DNA from: a candidate division TM6 bacterium GW2011_GWF2_37_49 | GTDB lineage: Bacteria > Babelota > Babeliae > Babelales > RVW-14 | Length of the DNA stretch: 64,000 nt | Assembly: GCA_945861145.1 (NCBI GenBank) | Contig: CAMATL010000005.1 | Span: 2,653 to 66,652 of the forward strand | Reading direction: 5' to 3' | Part shown: piece by piece, positions 8,064 to 18,687 of the stretch | How the letters are laid out: each line of letters starts with the position of its first letter | Numbering within the stretch: the first letter of the stretch is position 1 | Notes under the pieces: model-generated | What the model was told of the DNA's origin: nothing | What the model saw: only the letters and a program-made list of their open reading frames with translations | Databases searched by the model: none | Translations under genes and position numbers: made by a program

Positions 8064-10850
8064 ATGAAAAAACAGGTACTCAAAATTTTTGGCTGCATAC
8101 TGATCAGCATCTGCTGCAGTATTTTTTTACTCCAACAAAGCGCGTATGTAAAAAAACGCATTGTTGGAGACCTAGTCACACTCCTAGAACGGACCCTAGC
8201 AATCAAAATCACTAGCAAAAATGAACTACTCAATTTCTTTACCACCTCTCTTATTATCGAGGGCGGCACCATCACACCAACCAAGCAGGCACACACAACC
8301 TGGGGCTTTGAACAGGCAAAAATTTCATGCAGCCTTTGGGACTTATTATTCAAGCGAAAAATTTCGCTTTATTTGAGCTTTTATAAAGTTAATGGCTCAA
8401 CAGTAACAACGACAAATGGCGTCGAAATTGTAGATCATATATTTGATCTTTTGATGCCAAAAAATAAAGATTTTGGTGTCTCAATTAAAAAAGTCTTGGT
8501 CACCGGCGGTGCTATCAAAGTTGCACATGCCGATCAAGTATTTGATGTACTCGTAAATGGATCATTCACTTTCGGTAAAACAATGAAAGACAATCACAAG
8601 GTCTTACAGGGCTGCTTCTTGCTTGAAAAAAGCTCTCTTTACCTCAATAACATGGCACTACTTGAGGGTGTAAGCGGCTCTAATATTTTTTACAAAGCGA
8701 AAAACGAAAAGTTTTGGCATGCCACACTACACAATTCCATCAAAAAAATTGCCGAAGACACGCCTCATCACTATATTTTGACCGGCTCACTGTATAAACA
8801 AGAACAAACGTTTTTACTCCAAGAAGCAACGCAACAGCTCAACATCAAGGCCGCAACAACGGCAGAAAACCTTACCCTAGAAGGAAATATTCCGGCACAA
8901 ACTATTGCTCGACTGTATGACGTAATTAAAAAACCAACAGCAGCACTTGCACCAAATACTGCCGGGCAATGCCTAATTGACCTGACGCTGAGCAAACACC
9001 CAACCGCAAGCTGGTTATGCCGCGGTACTATTGCTCTTGATCGCCCGCGCTTTAAAGATGTCACCTGCGAAAATTTTATTTTAAAAAATATTTACATCAA
9101 TCAAGAAGCAGCCCGCGCTGATATTCACGCAATTTACAATACTGCCTATGCCGCTCAAGGCAACGCATGCTGGTACCAAGACAAACAAGAAGGCTCTATT
9201 TCACTGGCCAACAGCAAAGAAATCATTGCCGCTCGCCGACCAGGATCACCTGTCTACTGGAGTATCCAGCCCCAACAAGCTAACTTGATGCTGCATATTG
9301 ATAAGCAATTTCAAGTTCAAGGATCTTATGAGGCATTGCTGCATAACAGCATCAATGAAGAAACTAAACAAGTTAAGGGATCTATCCAAACCGCCGGTGA
9401 AGCAATTACCCTCACAGGCAATGCACAAGCCTATAGCTATACAATTAAAGGACAACTCGGGCCTTCACCTTACCTTGCAAAAGTTATTTGTACACAGGCA
9501 AATGAGCCAAGCCCTGTAATTGATTTTACCGTACAAGATGACGCAACAAAAACACTTCGTGGCTATGCGCAGTACAGCCTTATCCACCAACTATTACCAG
9601 TCGAAGTCAAAAACAAAGTACTAGGCAAACACAACAAAATTTTCGCCTCCCTCAAGCAGGACAAGTTCTGCCCTCTTGATGGTGAGCTCTGGACTGAAAA
9701 TAGTAAGTTTTTTATCCCAAGTGTTCAAAACATGATCAAGACTGGGCATCTACAGTTTAGCCTCAACCCTGTATCAAAAAAAATAACCATTCAAAATGCC
9801 GTTATCGGTTTCGCTCGAGGACAGCTCAAGATCCCACTTGCAAGCTGTGAGTTCAACCCAGAGACATGGGATATCCAATCTTTATATGCCCCTATTTCTG
9901 TAAATAATATGCTTATTAACATCAAACGTGATTTTTATAGTTTTGTTTATGGCAACCTACTCTTGCAGCAGCAAGCTGAAAAAGCTCTCAATCTTTCAGG
10001 GACGCTAATTCTGCGCAAAACATTGGTTCATGGCGACGTTTTTAACGATGTACAGACCACGCCAACTAACCCATTTGAGCAAATCCAAGAGCTTAATAAA
10101 AATTTTGATTTTTCTATCCGCCTGGTCAATGAGCAACCAATCATTATCAAGACGCCAACGATTGACGCGCTTGCTCATGTTGATTTACAAGCAGCTCATA
10201 AACATAATGCAACGGTCGCTCAATTGCCTCACGTTACCGGCACGATTAATCTTGATACGGGTCATTTAAAATTCTTAGAAAACAACCTTAAAATCGAGTA
10301 TGGTAAGATCCAATTTCTTACACGTCAACTTGATGATCCAATTATTGATTTGATCGCAAAAAACCGTATTAATAAATATGTCGTCACGCTACAGGTAACC
10401 GGTTCACTAAAAAAACCAACGGTCATCTTAGAATCAACACCAGAGCTGAGCGAAGAACAAATTTTAGGTCTCTTGTTTACTGGCTCTGAAAATGCTTCAC
10501 TTCAAACTGATCTACCAGTAATGATTATGCAAAATCTTAATACTATTTTACTTGGGCACCGCAAGCCATACGATAAAACATCTCTACTACTCGATACACT
10601 TTCAAAGCCTCTTAAATATGTCCAGATCACGCCAGATTTTACCGACCAAAGCGGCCGCAGCAGCGTGCGAGCTCTGGTCTCGCTGCCACTAACTAAACAA
10701 CTTAGGGCTCAATTTCAAAAAAATCTTACCTTTGATGAAGAACTTGAGGTCGAAATCGATTATCTACTCTCAGATGACATCAACCTCAAGCTTGTTAAGG
10801 ATCAACGCGGCGAGCTTGGATCAGAAGTTGAAGTTAGATTCAAATTTTGA
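8064..10850 (+). CDS. tamB: Translocation/assembly module TamB-family protein
   Basis: N-terminal TM anchor, long beta-rich body, C-terminal DPIIDL..VTLQVTGSLKKP..LESTPELSEEQILGLLFTG..EVRFKF. Confidence 0.8.
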   Translation: MKKQVLKIFGCILISICCSIFLLQQSAYVKKRIVGDLVTLLERTLAIKITSKNELLNFFTTSLIIEGGTITPTKQAHTTWGFEQAKISCSLWDLLFKRKISLYLSFYKVNGSTVTTTNGVEIVDHIFDLLMPKNKDFGVSIKKVLVTGGAIKVAHADQVFDVLVNGSFTFGKTMKDNHKVLQGCFLLEKSSLYLNNMALLEGVSGSNIFYKAKNEKFWHATLHNSIKKIAEDTPHHYILTGSLYKQEQTFLLQEATQQLNIKAATTAENLTLEGNIPAQTIARLYDVIKKPTAALAPNTAGQCLIDLTLSKHPTASWLCRGTIALDRPRFKDVTCENFILKNIYINQEAARADIHAIYNTAYAAQGNACWYQDKQEGSISLANSKEIIAARRPGSPVYWSIQPQQANLMLHIDKQFQVQGSYEALLHNSINEETKQVKGSIQTAGEAITLTGNAQAYSYTIKGQLGPSPYLAKVICTQANEPSPVIDFTVQDDATKTLRGYAQYSLIHQLLPVEVKNKVLGKHNKIFASLKQDKFCPLDGELWTENSKFFIPSVQNMIKTGHLQFSLNPVSKKITIQNAVIGFARGQLKIPLASCEFNPETWDIQSLYAPISVNNMLINIKRDFYSFVYGNLLLQQQAEKALNLSGTLILRKTLVHGDVFNDVQTTPTNPFEQIQELNKNFDFSIRLVNEQPIIIKTPTIDALAHVDLQAAHKHNATVAQLPHVTGTINLDTGHLKFLENNLKIEYGKIQFLTRQLDDPIIDLIAKNRINKYVVTLQVTGSLKKPTVILESTPELSEEQILGLLFTGSENASLQTDLPVMIMQNLNTILLGHRKPYDKTSLLLDTLSKPLKYVQITPDFTDQSGRSSVRALVSLPLTKQLRAQFQKNLTFDEELEVEIDYLLSDDINLKLVKDQRGELGSEVEVRFKF

Positions 10851-11443
10851 TCCAACATAGCATCTTTTTTGATCTCTCCAGACACCCCAGCTACAGCCTC
10901 TTTTTTTGAAGCATTACCTGGTTTTGCACCATCACGTTTTTCAACACCTGCAGCGAGTTGCTCATCGATTTTAGATATTTCAGCGGCAATCAAATCAGTC
11001 TGCGACGAATGCTTTTGAGCCAACTGTGTATTTTGCTCTTTAAGAGAGATCACCTCCGCATGTTTTCTTTCCACTTGAAGTTGCGCTGCTTGGAGTGATT
11101 GCTTTAAATTTTCAGACTCTTGCTTGGCAAGCAAAAGTTCCTTTTGCAACACAGCACTCTCAAGAGTCCGCGTCTCTAACTCTTTCAAAGTCGCATGATC
11201 TTGGTGTAGCGATGTGTTAGTTGCTTTATACATCCGATCAACATCATCAAGCACAGAGCTGATCTTACCCGCACAGGCAGGAGCTAACTTCTTAACCTCT
11301 GCAAGCTTACGCCCAATATTTCCATATAATTCACCTACATTATGATGAGAGGGAGCTTGGCGCTTACCCTTTGCTCCAAGTCCACTCACCCAGAGCGTAA
11401 AAAAAACCAACACAATAGTTAGACGCATGACAACTCCTTGCAA
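10802..11443 (-). CDS. Hypothetical exported coiled-coil protein
   Basis: Signal-peptide-like N-terminus; heptad-rich Q/E/L central region. Confidence 0.65.
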   Translation of the reverse strand: MQGVVMRLTIVLVFFTLWVSGLGAKGKRQAPSHHNVGELYGNIGRKLAEVKKLAPACAGKISSVLDDVDRMYKATNTSLHQDHATLKELETRTLESAVLQKELLLAKQESENLKQSLQAAQLQVERKHAEVISLKEQNTQLAQKHSSQTDLIAAEISKIDEQLAAGVEKRDGAKPGNASKKEAVAGVSGEIKKDAMLDQNLNLTSTSDPSSPR

Positions 11444-11532
11444 TCATTGAAAGAATTTAGCTACCGTTTCATAGCGGCTGAATTACAATAGGAAAATAAT
11501 GTCTTATTTTTCAATAGAAAAAAGGAAGAGCT

Positions 11533-12165
11533 ATGAAGATACGCCGTATCGCCTTGGCCTTGCTTTGGTTTGCTATGGCTGCTGGGTATGTCTCAGCACG
11601 CACAGAAGTTCTTTTTTCTCCCGACGACAAACCAACCACACGACTTCTAGAATGCATTAAAAACACTCAACGCCGCATCTATGCAGCTGTGTATATGCTT
11701 ACCGACAAAACGATAGCTGAAGCCCTCATTGATGCGAAAAAAAAGCGCAATATCGATATTCAAATTGTGATAGATAAAATCAGCTATGACAGTATTTACG
11801 GAAAAGGCAAAATGCTACACGAAAGCGGTCTAACACTTTTTGTATTTGATCCACCAAAAACAACGACTAAAACACGGGCCTGGGGTGCTGGTCCAATCAT
11901 GCATCACAAATTTGCTCTTTTTGACAACATTTTATGGACCGGTTCTTTTAATTGGACCGTGGCGGCGAATCGCGCCAATCAGGAAAACGTCATCATAACC
12001 GATGACTATGAAGCCTGTCGAAAATATGAGGGGTGTTTTGAACGCTTAAAAAAATTAAGCGCTCAAAAAGTAGCTGAATATCGCACGCCGCAGAGAGAAT
12101 CATCAGCGATCGAAACATTCATTCATGCGTGGAAAAATTTCACCCACAAAGACACTATTAATTGA
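11533..12165 (+). CDS. Phospholipase D-family nuclease (Nuc-like, single HKD), exported
   Basis: MHHKFALFD...TGSFNWTVAANRANQEN; signal peptide; GGAAG RBS. Confidence 0.88.
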   Translation: MKIRRIALALLWFAMAAGYVSARTEVLFSPDDKPTTRLLECIKNTQRRIYAAVYMLTDKTIAEALIDAKKKRNIDIQIVIDKISYDSIYGKGKMLHESGLTLFVFDPPKTTTKTRAWGAGPIMHHKFALFDNILWTGSFNWTVAANRANQENVIITDDYEACRKYEGCFERLKKLSAQKVAEYRTPQRESSAIETFIHAWKNFTHKDTIN

Positions 12166-12287
12166 ACAAAGGGGCTTGATTACTACTCTCGAAATTCTCT
12201 CCCAGCCCCATGTTCTAAACGTAACTTAGTGACACTTGAAATGCAAAGCTTGTTGGAATAGTTCTATCAATCAATGCATTTAAACAA

Positions 12288-12953
12288 CTATTCCAACAAG
12301 CTTTGTTTGCCTAACTTCTGCCAATCTTGATCAAATTTTTTGATACCAAGCTCAGTGAGCGGGTGATGACAAGCAGCCTCAATAAGCGCTGGTGGCACCG
12401 TTGCGACATCAGCACCAAGCAATGCTGCTCGCTCCCAATGCATAACGTGACGAATCGATGCTGCTAAAATTTGCGATGGAAATTCATACTGTTGCTTAAG
12501 CGTAACAAGATCTTCAATCAACACCATGCCATCAGAGCCGATATCATCCAAGCGACCAACGAATGGCGAAATATAAGTCACACCAAGCTTAGCAACCATG
12601 AGCGCCTGCAGAGCACTAAACACGAGAGTAATATTAAGCTGCACACCATCTTCAACCAGCTTTGCAATGGTCGGCAAATACTCAAAAGCGAAGGGGATTT
12701 TAACAATCGCATTATCGCCAAGCTTAGCAATCTGATGGGCTTGTTCGTAAACAGCATCAGGTGATTTTTCTACCACTTCAATACTCACATCGCCAGGCAC
12801 CATGCGTAAAATATCAAGAATAACTTCTTTGGTATTTTGCCCTTGCGCTGATAGAAGTGATGGGTTAGTGGTCACACCATCAATGAGCCCGGTAGATAGG
12901 TATTTTTCAATCAGTTTGCGATCAGCAGAATCTAAAAATATTTTCATAAGCAC
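12288..12953 (-). CDS. fsa: Transaldolase / fructose-6-phosphate aldolase family
   Basis: IFLDSA, GVTTNPSL, IVKIP, NITLVFS, YISPFVGRLDD, AASIR. Confidence 0.9.
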   Translation of the reverse strand: MLMKIFLDSADRKLIEKYLSTGLIDGVTTNPSLLSAQGQNTKEVILDILRMVPGDVSIEVVEKSPDAVYEQAHQIAKLGDNAIVKIPFAFEYLPTIAKLVEDGVQLNITLVFSALQALMVAKLGVTYISPFVGRLDDIGSDGMVLIEDLVTLKQQYEFPSQILAASIRHVMHWERAALLGADVATVPPALIEAACHHPLTELGIKKFDQDWQKLGKQSLLE

Positions 12954-13113
12954 TCCGTATTTTCTTAAAAATTAACACGTCCCCAAAAAACAGATTATGT
13001 TTTTGGTATTCTTACAACACGAATGATTTTTGCAAGCAACGACTACAACTATCACTCTTTTTGTTTTTTTGATCTTATCCGTAAGTAATTAAGGATAAGG
13101 TAAATTCTGGTAC

Positions 13114-13671
13114 TTAGGCTTCTTGTGATTCCCGCTGCCACTTTTCAATAAGACGTAAAACTGACTTTTGCTTAGTTTTTTCCATCACTTCGCTCACAGA
13201 AGCCCAAATAACTTCCAATGATTCGTCATTACTAACAATAACTGCATCAGCAGACGCTTGTAGTATAAAACGAATATCGTAATGCCAATGAGCAGGAGCC
13301 TTGCCTTCTGGAATCCAGTGAACATCAACATCAAAAATTTCTTGAGAAAGCGGATACAATTCTTCAATGCCTGTTTCTTCGAGAGCTTCTTTAAAGGCTA
13401 CACCAAGAACATTACTATCACCATCAGCATGACCACCGGGCTGCACCCACATATCAAGCTTTTTGTGATGCATTAAAATAACTGCGTCATTGCTTCCATT
13501 AACAATGAGAGCTGATGCAGTAATGTGTCCAGCAAGATGCTCGCGCTTAAAACAATCTGGTACACTGTTAACAAATTCAACGATACGCTCAAGCATTGGC
13601 TTTTCTTCAGCGGTGAGTAATGGACTTAGATTATAACGCTCTAATAATTTCAATAATGGGGTGCGATGCAT
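13114..13671 (-). CDS. NUDIX hydrolase
   Basis: GHITASA..HHKKLDMWVQPGGHADGD..AFKEALEETG..HYDIRF. Confidence 0.9.
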   Translation of the reverse strand: MHRTPLLKLLERYNLSPLLTAEEKPMLERIVEFVNSVPDCFKREHLAGHITASALIVNGSNDAVILMHHKKLDMWVQPGGHADGDSNVLGVAFKEALEETGIEELYPLSQEIFDVDVHWIPEGKAPAHWHYDIRFILQASADAVIVSNDESLEVIWASVSEVMEKTKQKSVLRLIEKWQRESQEA

Positions 13672-13746
13672 AGTGATTTCCTTTGGGTTTTATATTTACG
13701 CGCTAGCCTATCACAAATTTTTGAGTAGCTCTTTCAAAAACTAAAA

Positions 13747-13772
13747 GGGCGGAAGTAGTACTACTTCCGCCC
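13747..13772. terminator. Hairpin downstream of leuS
   Basis: GGGCGGAAGTAGT-ACTACTTCCGCCC palindrome with adjacent A-runs. Confidence 0.7.
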
Positions 13773-13796
13773 CTAAAATTAACTCAGTTTTATGTT

Positions 13797-16238
13797 CTAT
13801 TTTATTACAAAGCTCACCAAGCGATCTTTCACCACAACTGTCTTGATCAGATCTTTGCCTTCTAGCCATCTTGCTGCCGCAGCCTTAGCCATCACCGTTA
13901 CTTCATCAGCAGCTAAGCCTTTTGTAGTATTGATCGTTGTGCGCAGCTTGCCATTGATCTGCACAGCAATCTCAATCTCATTAACTGCAGCCAACGCTTC
14001 ATCAACCACCGGCCATACAGCGTGTTCAAGCTGTTTGCCAAGCACCACTTCAAAAAGCTCGCTTGCAAAATGAGGCACCATCGGCGCAATCGCCGTTAAA
14101 AACTGCTCCATCAATACATGGTCAAACAGTAGCTTTTCGCTCTGCAGGTCATTCAAGTATTCCATAATCGATGCAACTGCTGTGTTGACACGATAACCAT
14201 CCAACCGTTCTTGGTATGCTTTTAGGAAACGGTTAAAACGACGGTATGCAGCTTCATCACCCTTCTGACCAATCGGCAATAAATTGCTCGGCTCGGTCAA
14301 GAATGCCCACAAGCGATTCAGAAAGCTCTTCACGCCGCGGATAGAATCTGTCTGCCATTCAGTATCAAGCTCAGGCGGCCCCATAAACAGCATGTACATG
14401 CGCAATGAGTCACTACCCAATTCTTCGACAATCTCATCAGGGCTGACAACATTCCCCTTTGATTTTGACATTTTTTCTACACGCCCACTCAGTGGTGACT
14501 TCATGCAAACCATGCCCTGATTGAAGAGACGCTTAAACGGCTCATCAAATGGCAGATGCCCAAGATCATAAAGCACCTTGACGTAGAAGCGCGCGTAGAG
14601 TAAATGAAGAATTGCGTGCTCAATACCGCCCACATACAAATCAACCGGCATCCAGTAAGCCATATCTTCAGCGGTAAAAATATTATCGCTTAGTTTTGGA
14701 TTTGGATAACGCAAGAAATACCAGCACGATCCAGCCCATTGCGGCATTGTGTTAGTTTCACGCTTGGCAGCGCCGCCACACGATGGGCAGCTTGTATTTA
14801 CCCAATCAGTCACATCAGCAAGCGGCGATTCTCCGGTGCCTGTTGGCTGGTAGCGCTCCACTTCTGGCAACAAAATTGGTAATTGATCTTCTGGTACTGG
14901 CACTACACCACACGGTTTGCAATGCACCAAAGGAATAGGCTCACCCCAGTAACGCTGGCGAGAGAAGACCCAATCGCGCAACTTGTACGAAACCTTAGGA
15001 ATCGCAAAACCCTTGTCTTGGCAATGCTGGATAATTGCCTGACGGCTATCCCCTGCACGCTTACCATCAAAAGGACCAGCGTTTTCCAAGATGCCGTTTA
15101 CCATATCGGTGTAACAAACTTCCTGTGCTCGTACACGAGCTGCAAGCTCAGGATCATTTGGTGGCACCATGCCCGGCTTAATACGGATGTCATATTTTTT
15201 AGCAAATTTAAAATCACGATCATCATGTGCTGAGCACTTCACCATACCGGTTCCGTAGTGCGCTAACGCAAAATTGGCTACCCAGATAGGTAAGTCGGTA
15301 CCACTAACTGGATCTTGAATATAACGACCAGTAAAGATACCGTCCGGCTCCTGCTCTGCGTTCAGATCACGCTCATCAAGTATTTTTTTACAGTAGGCAA
15401 AAATCTCAGCTTTGTTTGCAACGCCTTCAAGTAACTGTGGCAACAAAGAATGATCTGGCGCCACTACAACATAGGTATCGGCATGAAAAGTTTCAAAATG
15501 GGCACTAAAGGTCTCAATACTCATATCAAGATCTTTGACCTTAGCAGTGAAGAGCAGGCCTTCACTCTTGCCAATCCAGTTACGCTGCATGAGCTTAACT
15601 TTTTCTGACCAGTCTAAACGATCTAAGCCCTCAAGTAATTTTTCGGCGTATTGAGTAATTTTGAGTACCCATTGGCGCACCGGCTTTTGTTCAGTCAACG
15701 CGCCACATCGATCACAACCACCGTTAACTACTTCTTCATTTGCCAAACCGGTAAGACACTTTGGGCACCAATTGATTGGCAGGCTACCTTCATAGGCAAG
15801 GCCGGCTTTATACATTTTCAAAAAGATCCACTGCGTCCACTTGTAGTAACCAGGATCAGTCGTATTGACCTCTTTATCCCAATCATACATCGCGCCAATA
15901 GTTGCTAGTTGACGACGAAAATTGTCTACATTGCGTGCCGTACCGATAGCTGGCTGAATACCTTTTTTGATAGCATCATTTTCAGCTGGTAATCCAAAAG
16001 CATCCCAGCCCATAGGATGGAGCACATTGTAGCCCTGCAGGAGCTTAATGCGCGAGTAAACATCAGAGAACACATAGCCCTTCCAGTGACCAACATGAAG
16101 TCCTGATCCAGAAGGATATGGAAACATATCGAGGCAGTAATATTTTTTCTTTGTCTTGTCAGACTTTGTTTTAAAATAAGGGTTAGCAGCCCAACGAGAG
16201 CGCCATTTCTGCTCTACCTCTTTAAATTCATACGCCAT
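13797..16238 (-). CDS. leuS: Leucine--tRNA ligase
   Basis: [64 protein letters not shown]. Confidence 0.97.
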   Translation of the reverse strand: MAYEFKEVEQKWRSRWAANPYFKTKSDKTKKKYYCLDMFPYPSGSGLHVGHWKGYVFSDVYSRIKLLQGYNVLHPMGWDAFGLPAENDAIKKGIQPAIGTARNVDNFRRQLATIGAMYDWDKEVNTTDPGYYKWTQWIFLKMYKAGLAYEGSLPINWCPKCLTGLANEEVVNGGCDRCGALTEQKPVRQWVLKITQYAEKLLEGLDRLDWSEKVKLMQRNWIGKSEGLLFTAKVKDLDMSIETFSAHFETFHADTYVVVAPDHSLLPQLLEGVANKAEIFAYCKKILDERDLNAEQEPDGIFTGRYIQDPVSGTDLPIWVANFALAHYGTGMVKCSAHDDRDFKFAKKYDIRIKPGMVPPNDPELAARVRAQEVCYTDMVNGILENAGPFDGKRAGDSRQAIIQHCQDKGFAIPKVSYKLRDWVFSRQRYWGEPIPLVHCKPCGVVPVPEDQLPILLPEVERYQPTGTGESPLADVTDWVNTSCPSCGGAAKRETNTMPQWAGSCWYFLRYPNPKLSDNIFTAEDMAYWMPVDLYVGGIEHAILHLLYARFYVKVLYDLGHLPFDEPFKRLFNQGMVCMKSPLSGRVEKMSKSKGNVVSPDEIVEELGSDSLRMYMLFMGPPELDTEWQTDSIRGVKSFLNRLWAFLTEPSNLLPIGQKGDEAAYRRFNRFLKAYQERLDGYRVNTAVASIMEYLNDLQSEKLLFDHVLMEQFLTAIAPMVPHFASELFEVVLGKQLEHAVWPVVDEALAAVNEIEIAVQINGKLRTTINTTKGLAADEVTVMAKAAAARWLEGKDLIKTVVVKDRLVSFVIK

Positions 16239-16349
16239 AGATAATCCTGCAGAGTTAAAATAATACTATGTAGTCAACTCAAGCAGTGTAGCGCATGTTT
16301 TTAATCAGGTAAACGCAGTATGCGCAGCCAGTAAGTCCTGAATCTAAAG

Positions 16350-16381
16350 GTTAAAGCCCATGAAACTTCATGGGCTTTAAC
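16350..16381. terminator. Hairpin between the licD-like gene and leuS
   Basis: GTTAAAGCCCATGAA-ac-TTCATGGGCTTTAAC. Confidence 0.65.
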
Positions 16382-16387
16382 ATAAAA

Positions 16388-16708
16388 TAACGTGAGTTCA
16401 TAGCTTCAATTTATATGGAAACATTGAGTCGTCCTTTGCATTACAAAAAGAATATACCTGCGTACGTCGTCCCCGCGAAAGCCTGCCCTCGGCTACGATC
16501 GAGGGGCGGGGATCCAGGCTCAATATAAAAATCCATATGATTAAAATTGGCAAAACACCACACAGATAATCATTTTTATAAATTTTGATGAATTATCAGC
16601 CTGGATCCCCGATCAAGTCGGGGACGACGTAGGCGTGTTCTAATTTTTTTATAAAAATATCGATAGGCTCTTCCTTTTGAAGAATTTTATAACTCCGAAC
16701 TCACGTTA
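16388..16708. repeat. MITE/REPIN-like element with 12-bp outer IRs and an inverted pair of REP-like palindromes
   Basis: TAACGTGAGTTC (16388-16399) / GAACTCACGTTA (16697-16708); inner arms TACGTCGTCCCCG..CGGGGATCCAGGCT (16463-16520) and AGCCTGGATCCCCG..CGGGGACGACGTA (16598-16631). Confidence 0.75.
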
Positions 16709-16721
16709 CAATAAGCCTTTT

Positions 16722-17582
16722 TTAGTCTTCTTGTACACACTCAGAAAGCGGTTTATTAATAAGATCAGCAACACGCTCACGCAGCGGGCCTGTCGGCTGT
16801 GCAGGAACCTTATCTTTTTCAGTAAGGTGTATTTTTACTGAAGTGACTTTATGCATAAAATCATTGCTGTGCGCATGCCATTGGTATGCTACCTCAAAAA
16901 CATCTTTCCCGTACATGCTTTCCAGGTACTTGCTTGGCTCTTTGGGCCCCATGACAGTACACTCGCCAAATTTATATTCCTTTAAAGGAAATAATTCATC
17001 GTTGTTTATAAAAATTTCTTCACCATCGCGATACCCATAAATACCATTATTCCCAAAAAGCATATGGTACACGCCTGTTAAAATAAAAATAGGTGCGTAA
17101 TAAACCCTATTACCGCGTTGCTCGGTCAAGAGAAGGTCAGCAAAAATTTCTTTGTTTTTTATTTTTTCAATTCTAAGAACCACGCCCCAAACCTTTGTGA
17201 CTCGATAGCCCAAAAAGTTAAAAACTGGATCTAAGCTATAAATTTTTTCTTCACTACTCTTATCAACACAAAGATCAATATCATCGTCCCAAGGGATTAT
17301 TCCTTGGTGTCGCACAGACCCCAACAATGTTCCGCTATCAATCCAGTACGTAACACCGCAATGTGTAAAAATTTCATGAACATCCTTCATAAGCTGGTAC
17401 ATTTCATGAATTTTACTTGGAGCTGTAAAAATCGGTATCCCAAGTGGCGTTTCGGCAGAACAATTTTCTTTTAGTTGCAACATTTTAAATTGAGTTTTAA
17501 GCCAGGCTACCCCTGGAATTTCAAAACAATGGACCGGATTGGCAACCAGAGATAATGCAAAAAAAATATAAGCTATCTTCAT
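16722..17582 (-). CDS. LicD/fukutin-family nucleotidyltransferase-fold protein, exported
   Basis: YWIDSGTLLGSVRHQGIIPWDDDIDL; LFPLKEYKFG..PKEPSKYLESMYG; signal peptide. Confidence 0.88.
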   Translation of the reverse strand: MKIAYIFFALSLVANPVHCFEIPGVAWLKTQFKMLQLKENCSAETPLGIPIFTAPSKIHEMYQLMKDVHEIFTHCGVTYWIDSGTLLGSVRHQGIIPWDDDIDLCVDKSSEEKIYSLDPVFNFLGYRVTKVWGVVLRIEKIKNKEIFADLLLTEQRGNRVYYAPIFILTGVYHMLFGNNGIYGYRDGEEIFINNDELFPLKEYKFGECTVMGPKEPSKYLESMYGKDVFEVAYQWHAHSNDFMHKVTSVKIHLTEKDKVPAQPTGPLRERVADLINKPLSECVQED

Positions 17583-17619
17583 GAAAGAGCCTTATTTTAA
17601 AAGAAATTTATGTTAGTTA

Positions 17620-18657
17620 CTAAACACGAATTAACGGCGTCTGTGCAAGCTCTTCAAGAGTACGCGCTGACGCGCATTGCATTGCAATCCGCAACTGAGC
17701 GCTAAAAATTTTAATTTCTTCATCCAGCGCCTCAGGTGACTGGACCGCAGCGCGCAAGAAAGGAGCTGCAAGGCCTCCCAATGATGCTCCTAGTGCAACG
17801 CATTTTGCCACATCAATACCATTGCGCAACCCACCACTGGCAAACAATGGTAGATTCGGAGCCACCCGATGAGCTATTAAAAGTGCTTCAGATGTTGAAA
17901 TCCCCCAATCAGCAAATGCACGCGCCACTTGTGCATGAAAGCGTGTCGGTGAACGATGATACTCAACTTCGCTCCATGAAGTACCACCAGCACCAGCTAC
18001 ATCTATGGCAGATACACCAGCCGCCACAAGGCTTCGTACGGCGGCATCAGAAAACCCCCACCCAACCTCCTTAGCAACAACTGGCACATTGAGCGTACAA
18101 CAAACCTGTTCAACTTTTTTTAATAATCCAGCCCAGCGAGTATCACCTTCTGGCTGTACCGCTTCTTGCAACACATTAAAATGAAGTACAAGCGCATCAG
18201 CACCAACCATCTCAACCGCTCGCCTACATTCATCAATGCCATAGCTATAATTCAACTGAACAGCGCCAAGATTAGCCAACAGCAAAATATCTGGCGCTAC
18301 TGACCGAACCTGAAAGGTGGCTGCTAATTTAGGATTTTCAATCGCTGCCCGCTGCGAACCAAGCCCCATCGCAATGCCATGCTTCTGCGCAGCTTGAGCA
18401 AGTATAAGATTGATTTGGTGAGCTTCTGGAGTGCCCCCTGTCATCGCAGAAATAAGAATAGGCGCCCGCAAGGAGCGCCCAAAAAGATTTAGGCTCGTAT
18501 CAATATCTTCTAGATTAATTTCAGGGATAGCCTGATGTTCAAAACGGTAACGCTCTAAGCCAGTTGTTAAATGCGGGAACTGCACATCTTCTTCAAGGTT
18601 AATACGGATGTGATCAGTTTTTCGCGTACTGGTAACACTACCCACTATTGTTTGCAT
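17620..18657 (-). CDS. fni: Type 2 isopentenyl-diphosphate delta-isomerase
   Basis: [55 protein letters not shown]. Confidence 0.95.
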   Translation of the reverse strand: MQTIVGSVTSTRKTDHIRINLEEDVQFPHLTTGLERYRFEHQAIPEINLEDIDTSLNLFGRSLRAPILISAMTGGTPEAHQINLILAQAAQKHGIAMGLGSQRAAIENPKLAATFQVRSVAPDILLLANLGAVQLNYSYGIDECRRAVEMVGADALVLHFNVLQEAVQPEGDTRWAGLLKKVEQVCCTLNVPVVAKEVGWGFSDAAVRSLVAAGVSAIDVAGAGGTSWSEVEYHRSPTRFHAQVARAFADWGISTSEALLIAHRVAPNLPLFASGGLRNGIDVAKCVALGASLGGLAAPFLRAAVQSPEALDEEIKIFSAQLRIAMQCASARTLEELAQTPLIRV

Positions 18658-18687
18658 AATCCAGTACCCTCTCCCTTATAAAATTAA

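Noticed and set aside
10802-10850. 49-bp convergent overlap of tamB and the coiled-coil gene
   Set aside because: Simple stop-codon run-through is enough to explain it; no sign of function
16239-16349. Possible T-box leader upstream of leuS
   Set aside because: No T-box consensus or specifier stem recognisable
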